64,000 bases of DNA. Origin: Methanobacteriota archaeon. Its GTDB lineage: Archaea; Thermoplasmatota; Poseidoniia; Poseidoniales; Poseidoniaceae. The stretch spans positions 8,059 through 72,058 of the forward strand of contig PAOW01000033.1 in NCBI GenBank assembly GCA_002710015.1, written 5' to 3'. Position 1 is the first letter of the stretch; each line of letters starts with the position of its first letter. Below the pieces are notes generated by a model. It searched no databases. It had not been told where the DNA came from and was given only the letters and a program-made list of their open reading frames with translations. The position numbers were made by a program, and so were the translations under genes. This document shows positions 39,353 through 49,383 of the stretch, in pieces.

Positions 39353-40195
39353 TTGGGCATACACATGGGGAGGAGGGGTTTAGTCGCACTTTTTGCAGTA
39401 ACTATACTTTTTTCTGGACCCGCAACCAGTCATGGCATTGAAGGCGCACATTCAGAAGGTTACATCATCGACGTAATCGTTGTTGATTTAGAATGCGAGG
39501 AAAACTACACCTGTGTTTCAAGAGCTAGCAACATAATTGAATACTTTGGTGCTGATTGGTGTGACGAATGTCCAGACGTAGAGAAGACCCTTAATGAAAC
39601 ACCAAACCAGTCTGAAATTATCCTTAGCCACAGGCCATCTACTACCGACGAATTTTGGCTCCCTGCCTCACGTGAACGATTTTTAGATGTCTATGGGCTG
39701 TGGGGATATCCTACAATTGCATTGGACGGACACTATATTTTAGCTGGCCCAACCCAAGCTAAAGAATTAAATTCCCTACTTTCCAATTCCATTTCAAACT
39801 ACAGCGGTATAACCAACGCAACATTGGATAATAATTCCCTGACCTTAGAGGGGCAATTTGATAATCTTAGTATCGATGTGTGGACAGTAATATCTGATGG
39901 AAATATTACAAATCTAGCATTAAATCACACAAACTACTCACAATCAAATATTGTTAACACAGATGGAGAGAAATTAATCATTGTTTTATCAAACCCAGGA
40001 TACATTGCACTTCAATCAGGATCTTCAATACCTGCTGGAGATTATGATCCGGACGGAGGAATTTATCAAGCCGATGAAGATAAAAATCAGTTCAATGTTT
40101 CTACTGTTGTAATCATCACAATACTACTGATTATAATCTCACTTCCAGCTACATACCAACTTCTTCAAGTCATCAAAGATAATGGTAAGTCCTGA
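39353..40195 (+). CDS. Secreted thioredoxin-like CxxC protein with C-terminal TM anchor
   Basis: 280 aa. A signal-like N-terminus, FGADWCDECP (WCxxC), NxS/T sequons, and a C-terminal hydrophobic helix VVIITILLIIISL. Divergent from ctaA. Confidence 0.4.
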   Translation: MGIHMGRRGLVALFAVTILFSGPATSHGIEGAHSEGYIIDVIVVDLECEENYTCVSRASNIIEYFGADWCDECPDVEKTLNETPNQSEIILSHRPSTTDEFWLPASRERFLDVYGLWGYPTIALDGHYILAGPTQAKELNSLLSNSISNYSGITNATLDNNSLTLEGQFDNLSIDVWTVISDGNITNLALNHTNYSQSNIVNTDGEKLIIVLSNPGYIALQSGSSIPAGDYDPDGGIYQADEDKNQFNVSTVVIITILLIIISLPATYQLLQVIKDNGKS

Positions 40196-40282
40196 AACCA
40201 TCGCTATCTAGTAAAATTGCGTAGGTTTCAAAAACGGGTCTATTGTCGGAGCAACAGCACAGCCTGTGTATGAGGTATACCC

Positions 40283-40537
40283 ATGGTTAAACCAAAAAAT
40301 CCCCACACTAGATTTGAAAGAGCGAGAATCATAGGCGCAAGGGCCCTACAAATTGGAATGGGAGCTCCATTAAATGCTCCTGAAGATGTATTGCGCGAAG
40401 CCTTCAAAGAAGAATTAATATCCCTATACGGACTTGAAGAAGCATCGGTTAGATTCGTTCTAGATCCTCTAAAAATCGCTATCTACGAGTATGAGAATGA
40501 ACTCATTCCAATAGATACAGACCCGCATACTGAATAA
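40283..40537 (+). CDS. rpoK: DNA-directed RNA polymerase subunit K (Rpb6/omega homolog)
   Basis: 84 aa. The RpoK core [14 protein letters not shown]. Confidence 0.8.
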   Translation: MVKPKNPHTRFERARIIGARALQIGMGAPLNAPEDVLREAFKEELISLYGLEEASVRFVLDPLKIAIYEYENELIPIDTDPHTE

Positions 40538-41593
40538 TCAATTGTCAGATGCATATCCGTAGAACTCCGAATTGAGAGGATTCGATATTGCATCCCTTTT
40601 GACCAACATTGTCCTAACTGCCCACAAATCTGTAAAGATACGATAATTCAATGTCATATCTAGATAGTCTACACCGCTTGAACCACCCGTTCCCATCCTC
40701 CTGCCAATCATCCTCTCTACCATTCTCGCATGATGAGATCGGAAAAGTAGCATGGCCTCTTCCATATCAACGACTGAATCAATCAGCCTTCTGGGCCACG
40801 AGAGTAAGGGCAATTCCCGGTAAGATTCGATAAATAGAAGACCCGCCCTTGGTAGTGAGACATTCCCTTCTGGCAGTAAAAAGTCGCGTGCTGATTGAAT
40901 ACTAGATTCTATCCTCGGCCTAACCTTTTCTTCAGTACCGTGCCCTATCTTAACCATGTGAGATATTACCATTTCACCATGTGATTTCATAGAACTGAGA
41001 TGACTTTCAACAAACCCTCTCATCACGTTTTCATCCCCAGAGACACCATTTACAGGAGTTCTAGATAGCCATTTTATCAGAACATCATTCAGTGAAGGCA
41101 TAGAACTAATTCTGTTTAAATCATCCATAACTGAGCTACTCAATTTGCCCTCTGCATGCAATTTCTTATTGTGCACCATAGGATCCATTCCGCCGATACG
41201 TTGTTCGGATTTGAGTCCAAGAAGCATTTCTATTGACCTTAGTTGCCAACTTTCGAAGCCAGAGGATGTTCCCAATCTATCTCTAAAAGCAAGGAAATCT
41301 TGAGGCGATAATGTTTCCATTACCTTCCACTGTGAGGCTAATAACCTAAAAATCTCTGAACACCTTTCAAGGTGGCTAACAACAACTGGAATCTGATTTT
41401 CCTCGACTTCATCAACGTCAAAAAGAGTAATTGCACATTCTAATTCTTTCATTATCTGTTTGAACCAAAGTTCAAACGCTTGATGGACTACAATAAAATG
41501 CATCTCATGGTTAGAAATTGAATTCTTAATTCCATTGTATCCATCTTGTAAAGATAACAAATCTTCCAGTCTAAGGTAATTACCATAGGTCAT
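40538..41593 (-). CDS. kynA: Tryptophan 2,3-dioxygenase
   Basis: ORF runs to 41626; likely start MTYGNYLRLEDLLSLQ, the hallmark TDO N-terminus. Heme-binding His context present; length about 350 aa. Confidence 0.7.
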   Translation of the reverse strand: MTYGNYLRLEDLLSLQDGYNGIKNSISNHEMHFIVVHQAFELWFKQIMKELECAITLFDVDEVEENQIPVVVSHLERCSEIFRLLASQWKVMETLSPQDFLAFRDRLGTSSGFESWQLRSIEMLLGLKSEQRIGGMDPMVHNKKLHAEGKLSSSVMDDLNRISSMPSLNDVLIKWLSRTPVNGVSGDENVMRGFVESHLSSMKSHGEMVISHMVKIGHGTEEKVRPRIESSIQSARDFLLPEGNVSLPRAGLLFIESYRELPLLSWPRRLIDSVVDMEEAMLLFRSHHARMVERMIGRRMGTGGSSGVDYLDMTLNYRIFTDLWAVRTMLVKRDAISNPLNSEFYGYASDN

Positions 41594-41754
41594 CCTACCC
41601 CTTGGAGATTCTCCGCTCATATACATGCGAGAGTGGGTAAGGCTTGAAACTTTGACGGATAATTTCCCTTCGTTTTTACATCAGACTAGAACAATCTATG
41701 ATTTCACAATTCTGAGTGCGTAATGGTCATTAACAAGACACTGAAGCCGTACGT

Positions 41755-42867
41755 ATGGGCGTAGACACTCAGACCCTGCGAAAATGGTTGGAATCTTACG
41801 ATACCAATAGTATAACCATTGGAGTAGTCGCATCCCATTCTTCGCTGCAAATTCTACACGGCGCAAGACAGGAAGGTTTCAGAACCTTGGGAATTGCAGT
41901 TGGAGAAAACAGAAGAAAATTCTATTCAGCATTCCCCGGTGCTGACCCAGATGAGTGGTTAATGTTAGAAAACTATCAGCAAATGCTGGATTATGCAGAA
42001 TGGTTCAGAGAAAGAAATGTCATAATAATCCCACATGGTTCACTCGTTGAATATCTCGGTAGTGAAAATTTCAAAGGTTTGGAAGTCCCTACTTTTGGTA
42101 ACAGAGGTATATTACACTGGGAAAGCAGTCGAGAGAGGCAAAGGCAGTGGCTTGCAATGGGAGGTTGCTCAATGCCGAAAGTAATCGATGACCCTCATGA
42201 CATTGACGGGCCTGTAATAGTAAAATATGCAGGTGCAAAAGGAGGTGAAGGTTACTTCATTGCCAGAGATTACCGTGATTTTAAGAGGAATGTGAATATT
42301 GAACAAGAGTTTACAATCCAAGAATACGTATTAGGTTGCAGATACTACTTGCACTTCTTTTTTGACCCAATAGCAAAAGATGGTTACCAAGTGCAGGGCA
42401 TAGGCAAAAATGCTGGTAAAAATCTTGGGCGGCTTGAGCTAATGAGTATGGATAGAAGAGATGAATCGAATGTTGATGAGTTTTACAAACTTGGAAGCTT
42501 ACGTGACTTGAGAGAAATGAGCTTAGAGCCCTCATTTGTCGTTACTGGAAATCAGCCTGTTGTTATTAGAGAAAGTTTACTTCCTCGAGCATTTGAAATG
42601 GCAGAGGGGACCGTTGCAGCATCTTTTGAGCTGGAAGAAAATTCCAGAGGTATGATAGGTTCCTTTTGCTTAGAAACAATCGTTACAGACAAACTTGAGT
42701 TCAGAGTTTTTGAAATTAGTGCAAGAATCGTAGCCGGTTCTAATCCATTCGTTGGTGGATCGCCTTACAGCGACATAAACGAGCCATTCATGTCAACGGG
42801 AAGAAGAATTGCCCGCTCAATAAAGAAGGCAGTCTCAAATAATTGCATAGAAGATATACTATCGTAA
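41755..42867 (+). CDS. purP: 5-formaminoimidazole-4-carboxamide ribonucleotide synthetase (archaeal PurP, ATP-grasp)
   Basis: 370 aa. ITIGVVASHSSLQILHGARQEGFRTLGIA matches the PurP N-terminus (ITIATLGSHTSLHILKGAKLEGFKTLAI); ATP-grasp length. Confidence 0.8.
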   Translation: MGVDTQTLRKWLESYDTNSITIGVVASHSSLQILHGARQEGFRTLGIAVGENRRKFYSAFPGADPDEWLMLENYQQMLDYAEWFRERNVIIIPHGSLVEYLGSENFKGLEVPTFGNRGILHWESSRERQRQWLAMGGCSMPKVIDDPHDIDGPVIVKYAGAKGGEGYFIARDYRDFKRNVNIEQEFTIQEYVLGCRYYLHFFFDPIAKDGYQVQGIGKNAGKNLGRLELMSMDRRDESNVDEFYKLGSLRDLREMSLEPSFVVTGNQPVVIRESLLPRAFEMAEGTVAASFELEENSRGMIGSFCLETIVTDKLEFRVFEISARIVAGSNPFVGGSPYSDINEPFMSTGRRIARSIKKAVSNNCIEDILS

Positions 42868-44607
42868 TCAGTCATCTAATAATTCATCTAGGATATCTGA
42901 GGATTCTGATTCATCCTCTGAACCATCCCAATCACCGCTTTCAATCGCTGCGATTCTCTCTCTAGCTTCATTTATCTTGGCTGTTCTAGATTCTGGATCC
43001 TCTAAGTTAAACTCACAGATTAGCATTATCGGATCTCCGTTAGAAATCTCACCCTCATACTCTAATATCTCTCCACCTGCGTTACAGATAACTTGGAATT
43101 TTGTCGGGTCTTTTGACCTGCGCTTCTTATGTTTCTTGTAATGATGGACATATGCTTTGTAAGTTCCACCTGGAGCCTTTGATTCAGGCCAGACAACATT
43201 TTCAACTGGCTTCTTGGTCTCAGGTCTGACATTGGCATCAACATCCAACTCGCCTCCACAGGCTGATTCGCGATTACCTCCATGAATTCTCTCACCCGAC
43301 GGACAGACAACATGTAGGTCCAAGTCATTGTAATTATTCCACAAAAGGGATATTTGGACATCAGAAGATCTTGCTCCTTCTCGCTCTAATCTCTCTTTCA
43401 GTTCCTTTAATACCTGTTCTGTTGCCTTTATCGATTCTAATTCATCGGCTTCGTTAGCAACTATTTCAGCAAGGCGCTGTTCCTCTGCTTCAGCCATCTC
43501 TTGCTGTCTTTGCTCTTCCATCTCAATTGCGAGTCTTTCTTCTTCAGCGATACGCTCAGTTTCTTCTGCTATCAATGCAGTCTCTCTTTCTTCATCTGTC
43601 CCTCTTTCTTCAGGAGGTTCTAACTCGAATTCACATACTAGTAAAATCGGGTCTCCAGCCGATAGTTCTCCCTCGTAATGTTTGATTTCTCCGCCAGAGT
43701 TGACCACTACACGGAATTGTGTTGGATCTTTTGACCTGCGCTTCTTGTGTTTTTTGTAATGATGAACATAAACCTTGTAGTTGCCAGGAGGGGCTTTAAA
43801 ATCGGGCCACACAATATTTTCCACTGGCTTTTTAGTTTCAGGCCTTACATTAGCATCAACATCTAACTCTCCACCACATTCAGAAGTCTTGTTACCTCCA
43901 TGTATCCTCTCACCAGAAGGGCATAGAACGTGTAAGTCAAGATCGTTGTAGTTGTCCCACATGAGCGAGACTTGAACCTCGGAAGTTTTCGCTCCTTCCC
44001 TATCAAGTCTCTCTTCTAATTCCTGCTCTGCCTGCTCACTGGCCATTTGTGCTTCAAGCGCCTCAGATTCTTTCAACGCTTCAATCTCGGATTTCCTAGC
44101 TTCCTCTTCTTCTGCTAATTCCTGTTGCCTTTCAGCCTCTCGTTCCTCAGCAAGTCGCTTTTCCTCTGCGAGTCTTTCAGCTTCTCGTTCCTCAGCAAGC
44201 CGTCTTGCTTCATCTAACTCCGCTTGTCTCGCAGCTTCATATTCAGCCTTCTTTCTAGCTTCTTCAGCCTCTATCTCAGCAACTCTAGCTTCTTCTTCAG
44301 CAATCAATTTCTTTGCGGCTCTGTCAGCTAAATCTTTTCTTGCTTGTTCCTCTGCCAGAAGAATCGCCCTTTCATCTCTACGCTTGGATTCAAGGTGCCT
44401 CTCTACCTGAGCTAACTTCTTGTCAAACTCGTTATGAGCCTGCCTGAAATCAGGCGCACCTCTACGTGTCAAATCTTGCCTGTGAATAGTCATTGTTCGA
44501 GAGCTTTGATCGTCCTCTCTCACAAGCATGAACCAAATACCAAATAGAAAAGCACCGCCTAAAAAGCCGATAATCAGCCAAGAGGTCAGGTCCATGAGAC
44601 AAGCCAA
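42868..44607 (-). CDS. Membrane-anchored charged coiled-coil protein with two tandem copies of a ~130-aa Cys/His-bearing beta-domain (DUF2135/YfaP-like by motif memory)
   Basis: 579 aa. N-terminal TM, then E/R/A-rich coiled coil. The unit SLMWDNYNDLDLHVLCPSGERIHGGN..CGGELDVDANVRPETKKPVENIVWP...YKVYVHHYKKHKKRRSKDP occurs twice. The nucleotide copies lie at about 43611..43986 and 42975..43365. Confidence 0.6.
   Translation of the reverse strand: MACLMDLTSWLIIGFLGGAFLFGIWFMLVREDDQSSRTMTIHRQDLTRRGAPDFRQAHNEFDKKLAQVERHLESKRRDERAILLAEEQARKDLADRAAKKLIAEEEARVAEIEAEEARKKAEYEAARQAELDEARRLAEEREAERLAEEKRLAEEREAERQQELAEEEEARKSEIEALKESEALEAQMASEQAEQELEERLDREGAKTSEVQVSLMWDNYNDLDLHVLCPSGERIHGGNKTSECGGELDVDANVRPETKKPVENIVWPDFKAPPGNYKVYVHHYKKHKKRRSKDPTQFRVVVNSGGEIKHYEGELSAGDPILLVCEFELEPPEERGTDEERETALIAEETERIAEEERLAIEMEEQRQQEMAEAEEQRLAEIVANEADELESIKATEQVLKELKERLEREGARSSDVQISLLWNNYNDLDLHVVCPSGERIHGGNRESACGGELDVDANVRPETKKPVENVVWPESKAPGGTYKAYVHHYKKHKKRRSKDPTKFQVICNAGGEILEYEGEISNGDPIMLICEFNLEDPESRTAKINEARERIAAIESGDWDGSEDESESSDILDELLDD
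42975..43986 (-). repeat. Intragenic direct duplication (~0.38 kb units about 620 bp apart)
   Basis: Nucleotide stretches near 43081.. and 43701.. are closely similar by eye (for example ...tcttttgacctgcgcttcttatgtttcttgtaatgatggacatatgc... versus ...tcttttgacctgcgcttcttgtgttttttgtaatgatgaacataaacc...). They encode the two protein-domain copies. Confidence 0.65.
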
Positions 44608-44664
44608 TGCTAACAGGAACTTATTACCATCGCTGAAAAAATCAAAAAATTCATGCAGAATTAC

Positions 44665-47103
44665 CTAATTTGAGAGGTCCTTAACCTTCTCTACCAAATC
44701 CATGTTGCGCAATCTCCAGATACCGATTGGAGTCATCGCAACTGCGATTATCAATACACCAAATAATAGTTCAAATGCTACACTATCGACCAACAAAACT
44801 GGGAAGTAAAATTGCCAAGAAGAAAACGATGCTGCCAAGCCGACTGCACCAAGATAGGCGAACAGAACCCCTATCAATCCACCAATTATACCGATTAGCA
44901 CGCTTTCAAACAATAGCATGATACCAAGTCTGGTTGTCGATGCTCCTAACACTCTCAAAGTCGCCAATTCGAAATCTCTCTCAGCTACATTCATTATCAT
45001 CGTGTTTAGCATAACTGCAATAGTAAACAGCAATCCTAGATACATAATTGCTTGGAACAAATCGGTTTGTTTTTCAATCAAAGATTCAACCCCATTTAGT
45101 AGGGTTACTCTTTCGACAATACCTACTGATATCTCGCCCAAACTGAAGTCAACCTCAACTCCATCAGGCATCATAATGTAGACAGAGGTTGCATTAACAC
45201 CAGTAATTTGAGTTAAATCCTCTCTATCAAAATACATAGTTCTGGATAATTCTCCACGTGTTATTCCTACGATTTTTACCTCTGATTCCTCTCCGTTGAG
45301 TGTAACTAGTCTAGTTTCACCTATTTCCCACCCAAGGAATTTCATCGCACCTTCGTCCATCAATACTTGCAATTCATTATCTGATTTTTCAGGTAAATCA
45401 CCACTTAGTAGGTTTACAGAACGCATTTTAGAACTGAAATCACTCAGGCCCACCATTGTGAAAATTCGGGCTACACCGCTAGAATCTTCGACCGAGCCGA
45501 GGGGCATTTCTATTACCAATTCCCACTCACAAGAATTACCTTCTGCCCAATCTACAACTGCGCCCTCACTACCTGGATTCACGTAAACTTGTGCATCCCA
45601 ATTTTGATCATCCTCAATACTAGATACTAGCGTATTCTCAAACCCTGCGGATATCATTTGTATAGACCCAAATAGCATTAGGGAAATTCCAACAGCTAGG
45701 AACGTCATTGTCAGCCTGATTGGCTTCCTGACACTTGATCTCACTGAGAGGCTTAGCGTTGTGGGTAGCCAAGAAGTTATTTTCTTAATTATATTCGAAC
45801 CAATTTTTACTTCATTTTGGCCACTCAAAACTTCCAGCGGATCTATTCGGCTAGCTTTCAATGCTGGAAATGCACCTGAAAAGAAAACTACTGCCATAGT
45901 TAGAGATACGACTGTTGTATATGTCGTAAGGGGGATGTCACGTTTTATTATTGGAACTCCAACAATATCTTGATACAAATCAAGCATCCAATTAGCTCCA
46001 TATGGACCTAAAAGACAACCGATTAGACATCCGATTCCGCCTATAATTACTGGAGCAATCATATAACCTTGAAGTAATGATTTCCTAGAAACACCCAAAG
46101 TTCTCAACACTGCAATTTCTCTTGCTTGGCTTTGTACTAATCTTTGGAGGCTCAGAATAATTGTTATAGAGGCAATAGCAGCAATCATCAGAGTAAATGG
46201 AACAGTAGTTCTTTTTGCACCTTCAAGGTCTTGACGCATTACTTCGACGGCCTCATATTGGCCTCTGTCTCTGACTCTAGCATCAAGATTCTCAACTTCG
46301 AGGACATCCTCAACAATTTGCTTTACTCGATCGATTTCATCTCCTTCGTACTCCTCAGTATCAGGCAAATCGTAACTCGGTTTTCCTTCGACATCAAGCA
46401 TTATTGTATTACTTGACCCAACTGTATTACCAGTAAGTCTTTCCATACCCAAATCGGACAAATATCCAACCACATAATCTCCTTCTTCTGGAGGAAAGAA
46501 AGTCCCTTCAGGAGCCATTAATATGTGAAGTGGGTGAAAGCCAATACCAACAATTTCAAATTCTGCTGAAGAATTTCCAGCACCAATTAATATCATATCA
46601 CCCAGGTCAAGATCCAAGGCTTCAGTAACATGAGCATCTATAACAATCTCATCTGAATTGCTCGCCAATCTACCTTTGGAATGTTTATCAGGCATCCAAA
46701 CGGTGTCGACATTTGCACCCACCGGTATACCATGCCACAATGAATTTATTGTCACACTCCCTGTATCTGTTGATTGAAACATTGCGCCTTTAACAATTGA
46801 TCTGCCTTCACAGTGATCTAAATTTGAGGTCAAGTTCCACCTTTCATTCAATTCAGAACAAAAGGACTCAACCTGCTCTGAAGTCCACATTATGCTACCA
46901 TTATCAATCCACAAGTCTGCAAGATTTGCCCCTTCTTCATCGTCACCATGCATAGTTGAATACATATTGTCAAGATTATGTGAATACCCACCAAACGTTA
47001 TTCCTGCAAAAACACCAACTGAGACCATGAAAACTACTGCTAGAAGCCTTAACTTCGTGCGCCATAGGCTTCTCATCAATCTCTTGTTTAACAGTGCAGA
47101 CAA
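44665..47103 (-). CDS. ABC transporter permease, MacB/FtsX-like with two FtsX domains and large extracytoplasmic loops
   Basis: 812 aa. An N-terminal TM, a large periplasmic-type domain, a 3-TM FtsX unit, a second large loop and a second FtsX unit. Immediately upstream of the ABC ATPase. Confidence 0.75.
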   Translation of the reverse strand: MSALLNKRLMRSLWRTKLRLLAVVFMVSVGVFAGITFGGYSHNLDNMYSTMHGDDEEGANLADLWIDNGSIMWTSEQVESFCSELNERWNLTSNLDHCEGRSIVKGAMFQSTDTGSVTINSLWHGIPVGANVDTVWMPDKHSKGRLASNSDEIVIDAHVTEALDLDLGDMILIGAGNSSAEFEIVGIGFHPLHILMAPEGTFFPPEEGDYVVGYLSDLGMERLTGNTVGSSNTIMLDVEGKPSYDLPDTEEYEGDEIDRVKQIVEDVLEVENLDARVRDRGQYEAVEVMRQDLEGAKRTTVPFTLMIAAIASITIILSLQRLVQSQAREIAVLRTLGVSRKSLLQGYMIAPVIIGGIGCLIGCLLGPYGANWMLDLYQDIVGVPIIKRDIPLTTYTTVVSLTMAVVFFSGAFPALKASRIDPLEVLSGQNEVKIGSNIIKKITSWLPTTLSLSVRSSVRKPIRLTMTFLAVGISLMLFGSIQMISAGFENTLVSSIEDDQNWDAQVYVNPGSEGAVVDWAEGNSCEWELVIEMPLGSVEDSSGVARIFTMVGLSDFSSKMRSVNLLSGDLPEKSDNELQVLMDEGAMKFLGWEIGETRLVTLNGEESEVKIVGITRGELSRTMYFDREDLTQITGVNATSVYIMMPDGVEVDFSLGEISVGIVERVTLLNGVESLIEKQTDLFQAIMYLGLLFTIAVMLNTMIMNVAERDFELATLRVLGASTTRLGIMLLFESVLIGIIGGLIGVLFAYLGAVGLAASFSSWQFYFPVLLVDSVAFELLFGVLIIAVAMTPIGIWRLRNMDLVEKVKDLSN

Positions 47104-47140
47104 CTATATCACTCACTTCATACTGATTTTGTGTTTCAAA

Positions 47141-47827
47141 TTACTCAGGATTTTCAACGACAGTGTCTGAAATTATTTTTCCACTATCAACTCTAATTAC
47201 TCTGGTAGAATATTTTACTAAGCTCTCATCATGAGTTACAAATACCGATGTGATTTTTTCTTTTTCACAAGCCTTGACTAATGCTTCCATAACTTTTGTA
47301 CTGGTCAAAGTATCCAAATTTCCAGTCAATTCATCTCCAAGAAGTAGATTGGGCTTTTTTGCGATACTTCTTGCTATTGCAACTCGCTGCTGTTGACCTC
47401 CACTAATTTCACCTGGAAATCTATCGACTTCGTTACTCAATCCAACTAAATCAAGTAGGTCTCTTGCTCGTTGTTCGTCTTTTTTGCCAGATAATTCTTG
47501 AATTAGAAGTATATTTTCAAGAACCGTTAAATCTTGTAATAGATTAAAAAATTGAAAAACATAACCGATATTTTCTCTCCTAAAGGAAGTCATCCTCTCA
47601 GAGTGGTTCCTTGGAACTTCAATACCATTAAACGTGTATTGTCCAGAAGTCGGACTGTCCAATCCTGATAAGCAGTTCAGCAACGTAGTTTTTCCTGAAC
47701 CGGATGGACCAAGCAACAAAACTCTCTCTCCTTTTTCTATTGAAATATCAACTCCATCCAATGCTTTTACAACACCTGATGCCATCTCATAATGCCTTTT
47801 TATGTCCTCCATCTCAATCATAGGCAT
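47141..47827 (-). CDS. ABC transporter ATP-binding protein (MacB/LolD-type)
   Basis: 228 aa. Walker A LLGPSGSGKTTLLN, ABC signature LSGGQQQRVAIAR, and Walker B LLLGDELTGNLD. Confidence 0.85.
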   Translation of the reverse strand: MPMIEMEDIKRHYEMASGVVKALDGVDISIEKGERVLLLGPSGSGKTTLLNCLSGLDSPTSGQYTFNGIEVPRNHSERMTSFRRENIGYVFQFFNLLQDLTVLENILLIQELSGKKDEQRARDLLDLVGLSNEVDRFPGEISGGQQQRVAIARSIAKKPNLLLGDELTGNLDTLTSTKVMEALVKACEKEKITSVFVTHDESLVKYSTRVIRVDSGKIISDTVVENPE

Positions 47828-47913
47828 GCTATCAGATAACCTAAATGGGGGAGGTATAATTTATTTGTTAATTTAAGGCCATTATTCATAAACGAGATTG
47901 ACGAGGAGAAAAT

Positions 47914-48573
47914 GTGCGAGAAGTTCAACTCAAGTGGAACCCGAGTTCGGTTGATATTTCAGATATATCCGAAATTACACTAGTAACATCCCTGTTCGAA
48001 GTTGTTGCTCATTTGGAAGTAACCAAGGAAGGAGTAAGACAACTGGTGAAAATAAAATTCAAGCCAGACAAAGGCCCAGACAACCTAAATCAAATCGCTT
48101 ACCTTGAAGTTGAGGGACCTTTGAATCCTTACCCTATGCCTATCCAAGGGGGTGAAGGATACGTCGTGGTATGGAACAGACACCCCCTTTCTGTTGCTGC
48201 AATAAACTTCGACAGTTTACACGTAATCCCTCCGTATGTGATTGATGAAAATGGAGTCCAGATAACAATTCGAGGATTACCCGAGGGTGTGAGTGGATTC
48301 TTAAAAGCCGCCAGGAGTATATTTCCACCAGATAACGTAAAAGTTGTTGATGTAGAGGAAATTGAAGACAGCGTTCTGAAGATACTTACTCCCAAACAAT
48401 TAGAAATCGCTGTCATCGCAGTTCAGTCGGGCTATTACCAAAATCCAAGAAAAATTAGCAAGAAAGAACTCTCAGAACTTTCAAACATACCGCGTTCCAC
48501 GCTTCAAGAACATCTCGCAAAAGCCGAGGCTGCTCTTATGGAATGGGTTGTAAAAGTACACAACTCCAAGTAG
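47914..48573 (+). CDS. HTH_10 (bacterio-opsin-activator-type) transcription regulator
   Basis: 219 aa. C-terminal LTPKQLEIAVIAVQSGYYQNPRKISKKELSELSNIPRSTLQEHLAKAEAAL matches the Bat-type HTH_10. Confidence 0.6.
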   Translation: MREVQLKWNPSSVDISDISEITLVTSLFEVVAHLEVTKEGVRQLVKIKFKPDKGPDNLNQIAYLEVEGPLNPYPMPIQGGEGYVVVWNRHPLSVAAINFDSLHVIPPYVIDENGVQITIRGLPEGVSGFLKAARSIFPPDNVKVVDVEEIEDSVLKILTPKQLEIAVIAVQSGYYQNPRKISKKELSELSNIPRSTLQEHLAKAEAALMEWVVKVHNSK

Positions 48574-48608
48574 TAACCCTTTCTTATAACTCACGTCTAG
48601 GGTTAAAC

Positions 48609-49379
48609 ATGAGGGACATTGACTCTATACTGCCGAACGGCAAAGGAGTTTGGATACCAATTGACCACGCTGTATCGGATTACCCTGTGAACGGACTGGA
48701 AAATCTAGACAAACTGATGGATAAAATCTCCAAGGCAAACGCCATAATCGCACAAAAGGGTGTAATTTCACATTACAACAGAGACGAATTGAATTTAGTC
48801 GCACATCTATCCGCATCAACTCGTCATGCTGGAAATAGAGAATCTGAAAAGGTAATCGTCGGTACAGCCAAAGAAGCAGTTGAAAGAGGTGCAAAGGGCG
48901 TTAGTGTGCAGGTAAATCTTGGTAGCCCTTTCGAACCTGAGATGATTGAGAGATTAGGATTTATCACGGCTGACGCACACGAATTGGGAATCCCAACTCT
49001 TGGTATGATTTATCCAAGAGGCGAGAATCTAAGCATTATTGACGGAGACGACACCAAGGGTGCTGCTCATGCAGCAAGACTGGCATTTGAGCTTGGATGT
49101 AATGTTGTAAAGACAATATGGACTGGATCGGAGGAATCATTCAGGAAAGTAACTGAATCTGTTCCAATTCCTGTTTTGATAGCAGGTGGCCCTAGTGGCT
49201 CTAGCACGGAGGAAATTCTAACAATTGTTTATGATTCAATACAAGCAGGCGGTTCAGGAGTATGTATGGGAAGACAGGTGTTCTCTCACCAATATCCGGA
49301 TAGAATGGTAAATGCCTTGCTGATGATTGTGCATGAAGGGGCTACTGTTAGTCAAGCTATAACAAATTCAGGATTGTGA
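48609..49379 (+). CDS. aroA': 2-amino-3,7-dideoxy-D-threo-hept-6-ulosonate synthase (AroA', DhnA-type class I aldolase family)
   Basis: ORF from 48543; likely start MRDIDSIL after the stop of the upstream gene. Class I aldolase (DhnA) family pattern, immediately upstream of DHQ synthase II. This context favours ADH synthase over FBP aldolase. Confidence 0.6.
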   Translation: MRDIDSILPNGKGVWIPIDHAVSDYPVNGLENLDKLMDKISKANAIIAQKGVISHYNRDELNLVAHLSASTRHAGNRESEKVIVGTAKEAVERGAKGVSVQVNLGSPFEPEMIERLGFITADAHELGIPTLGMIYPRGENLSIIDGDDTKGAAHAARLAFELGCNVVKTIWTGSEESFRKVTESVPIPVLIAGGPSGSSTEEILTIVYDSIQAGGSGVCMGRQVFSHQYPDRMVNALLMIVHEGATVSQAITNSGL

Positions 49380-49383
49380 ATTT

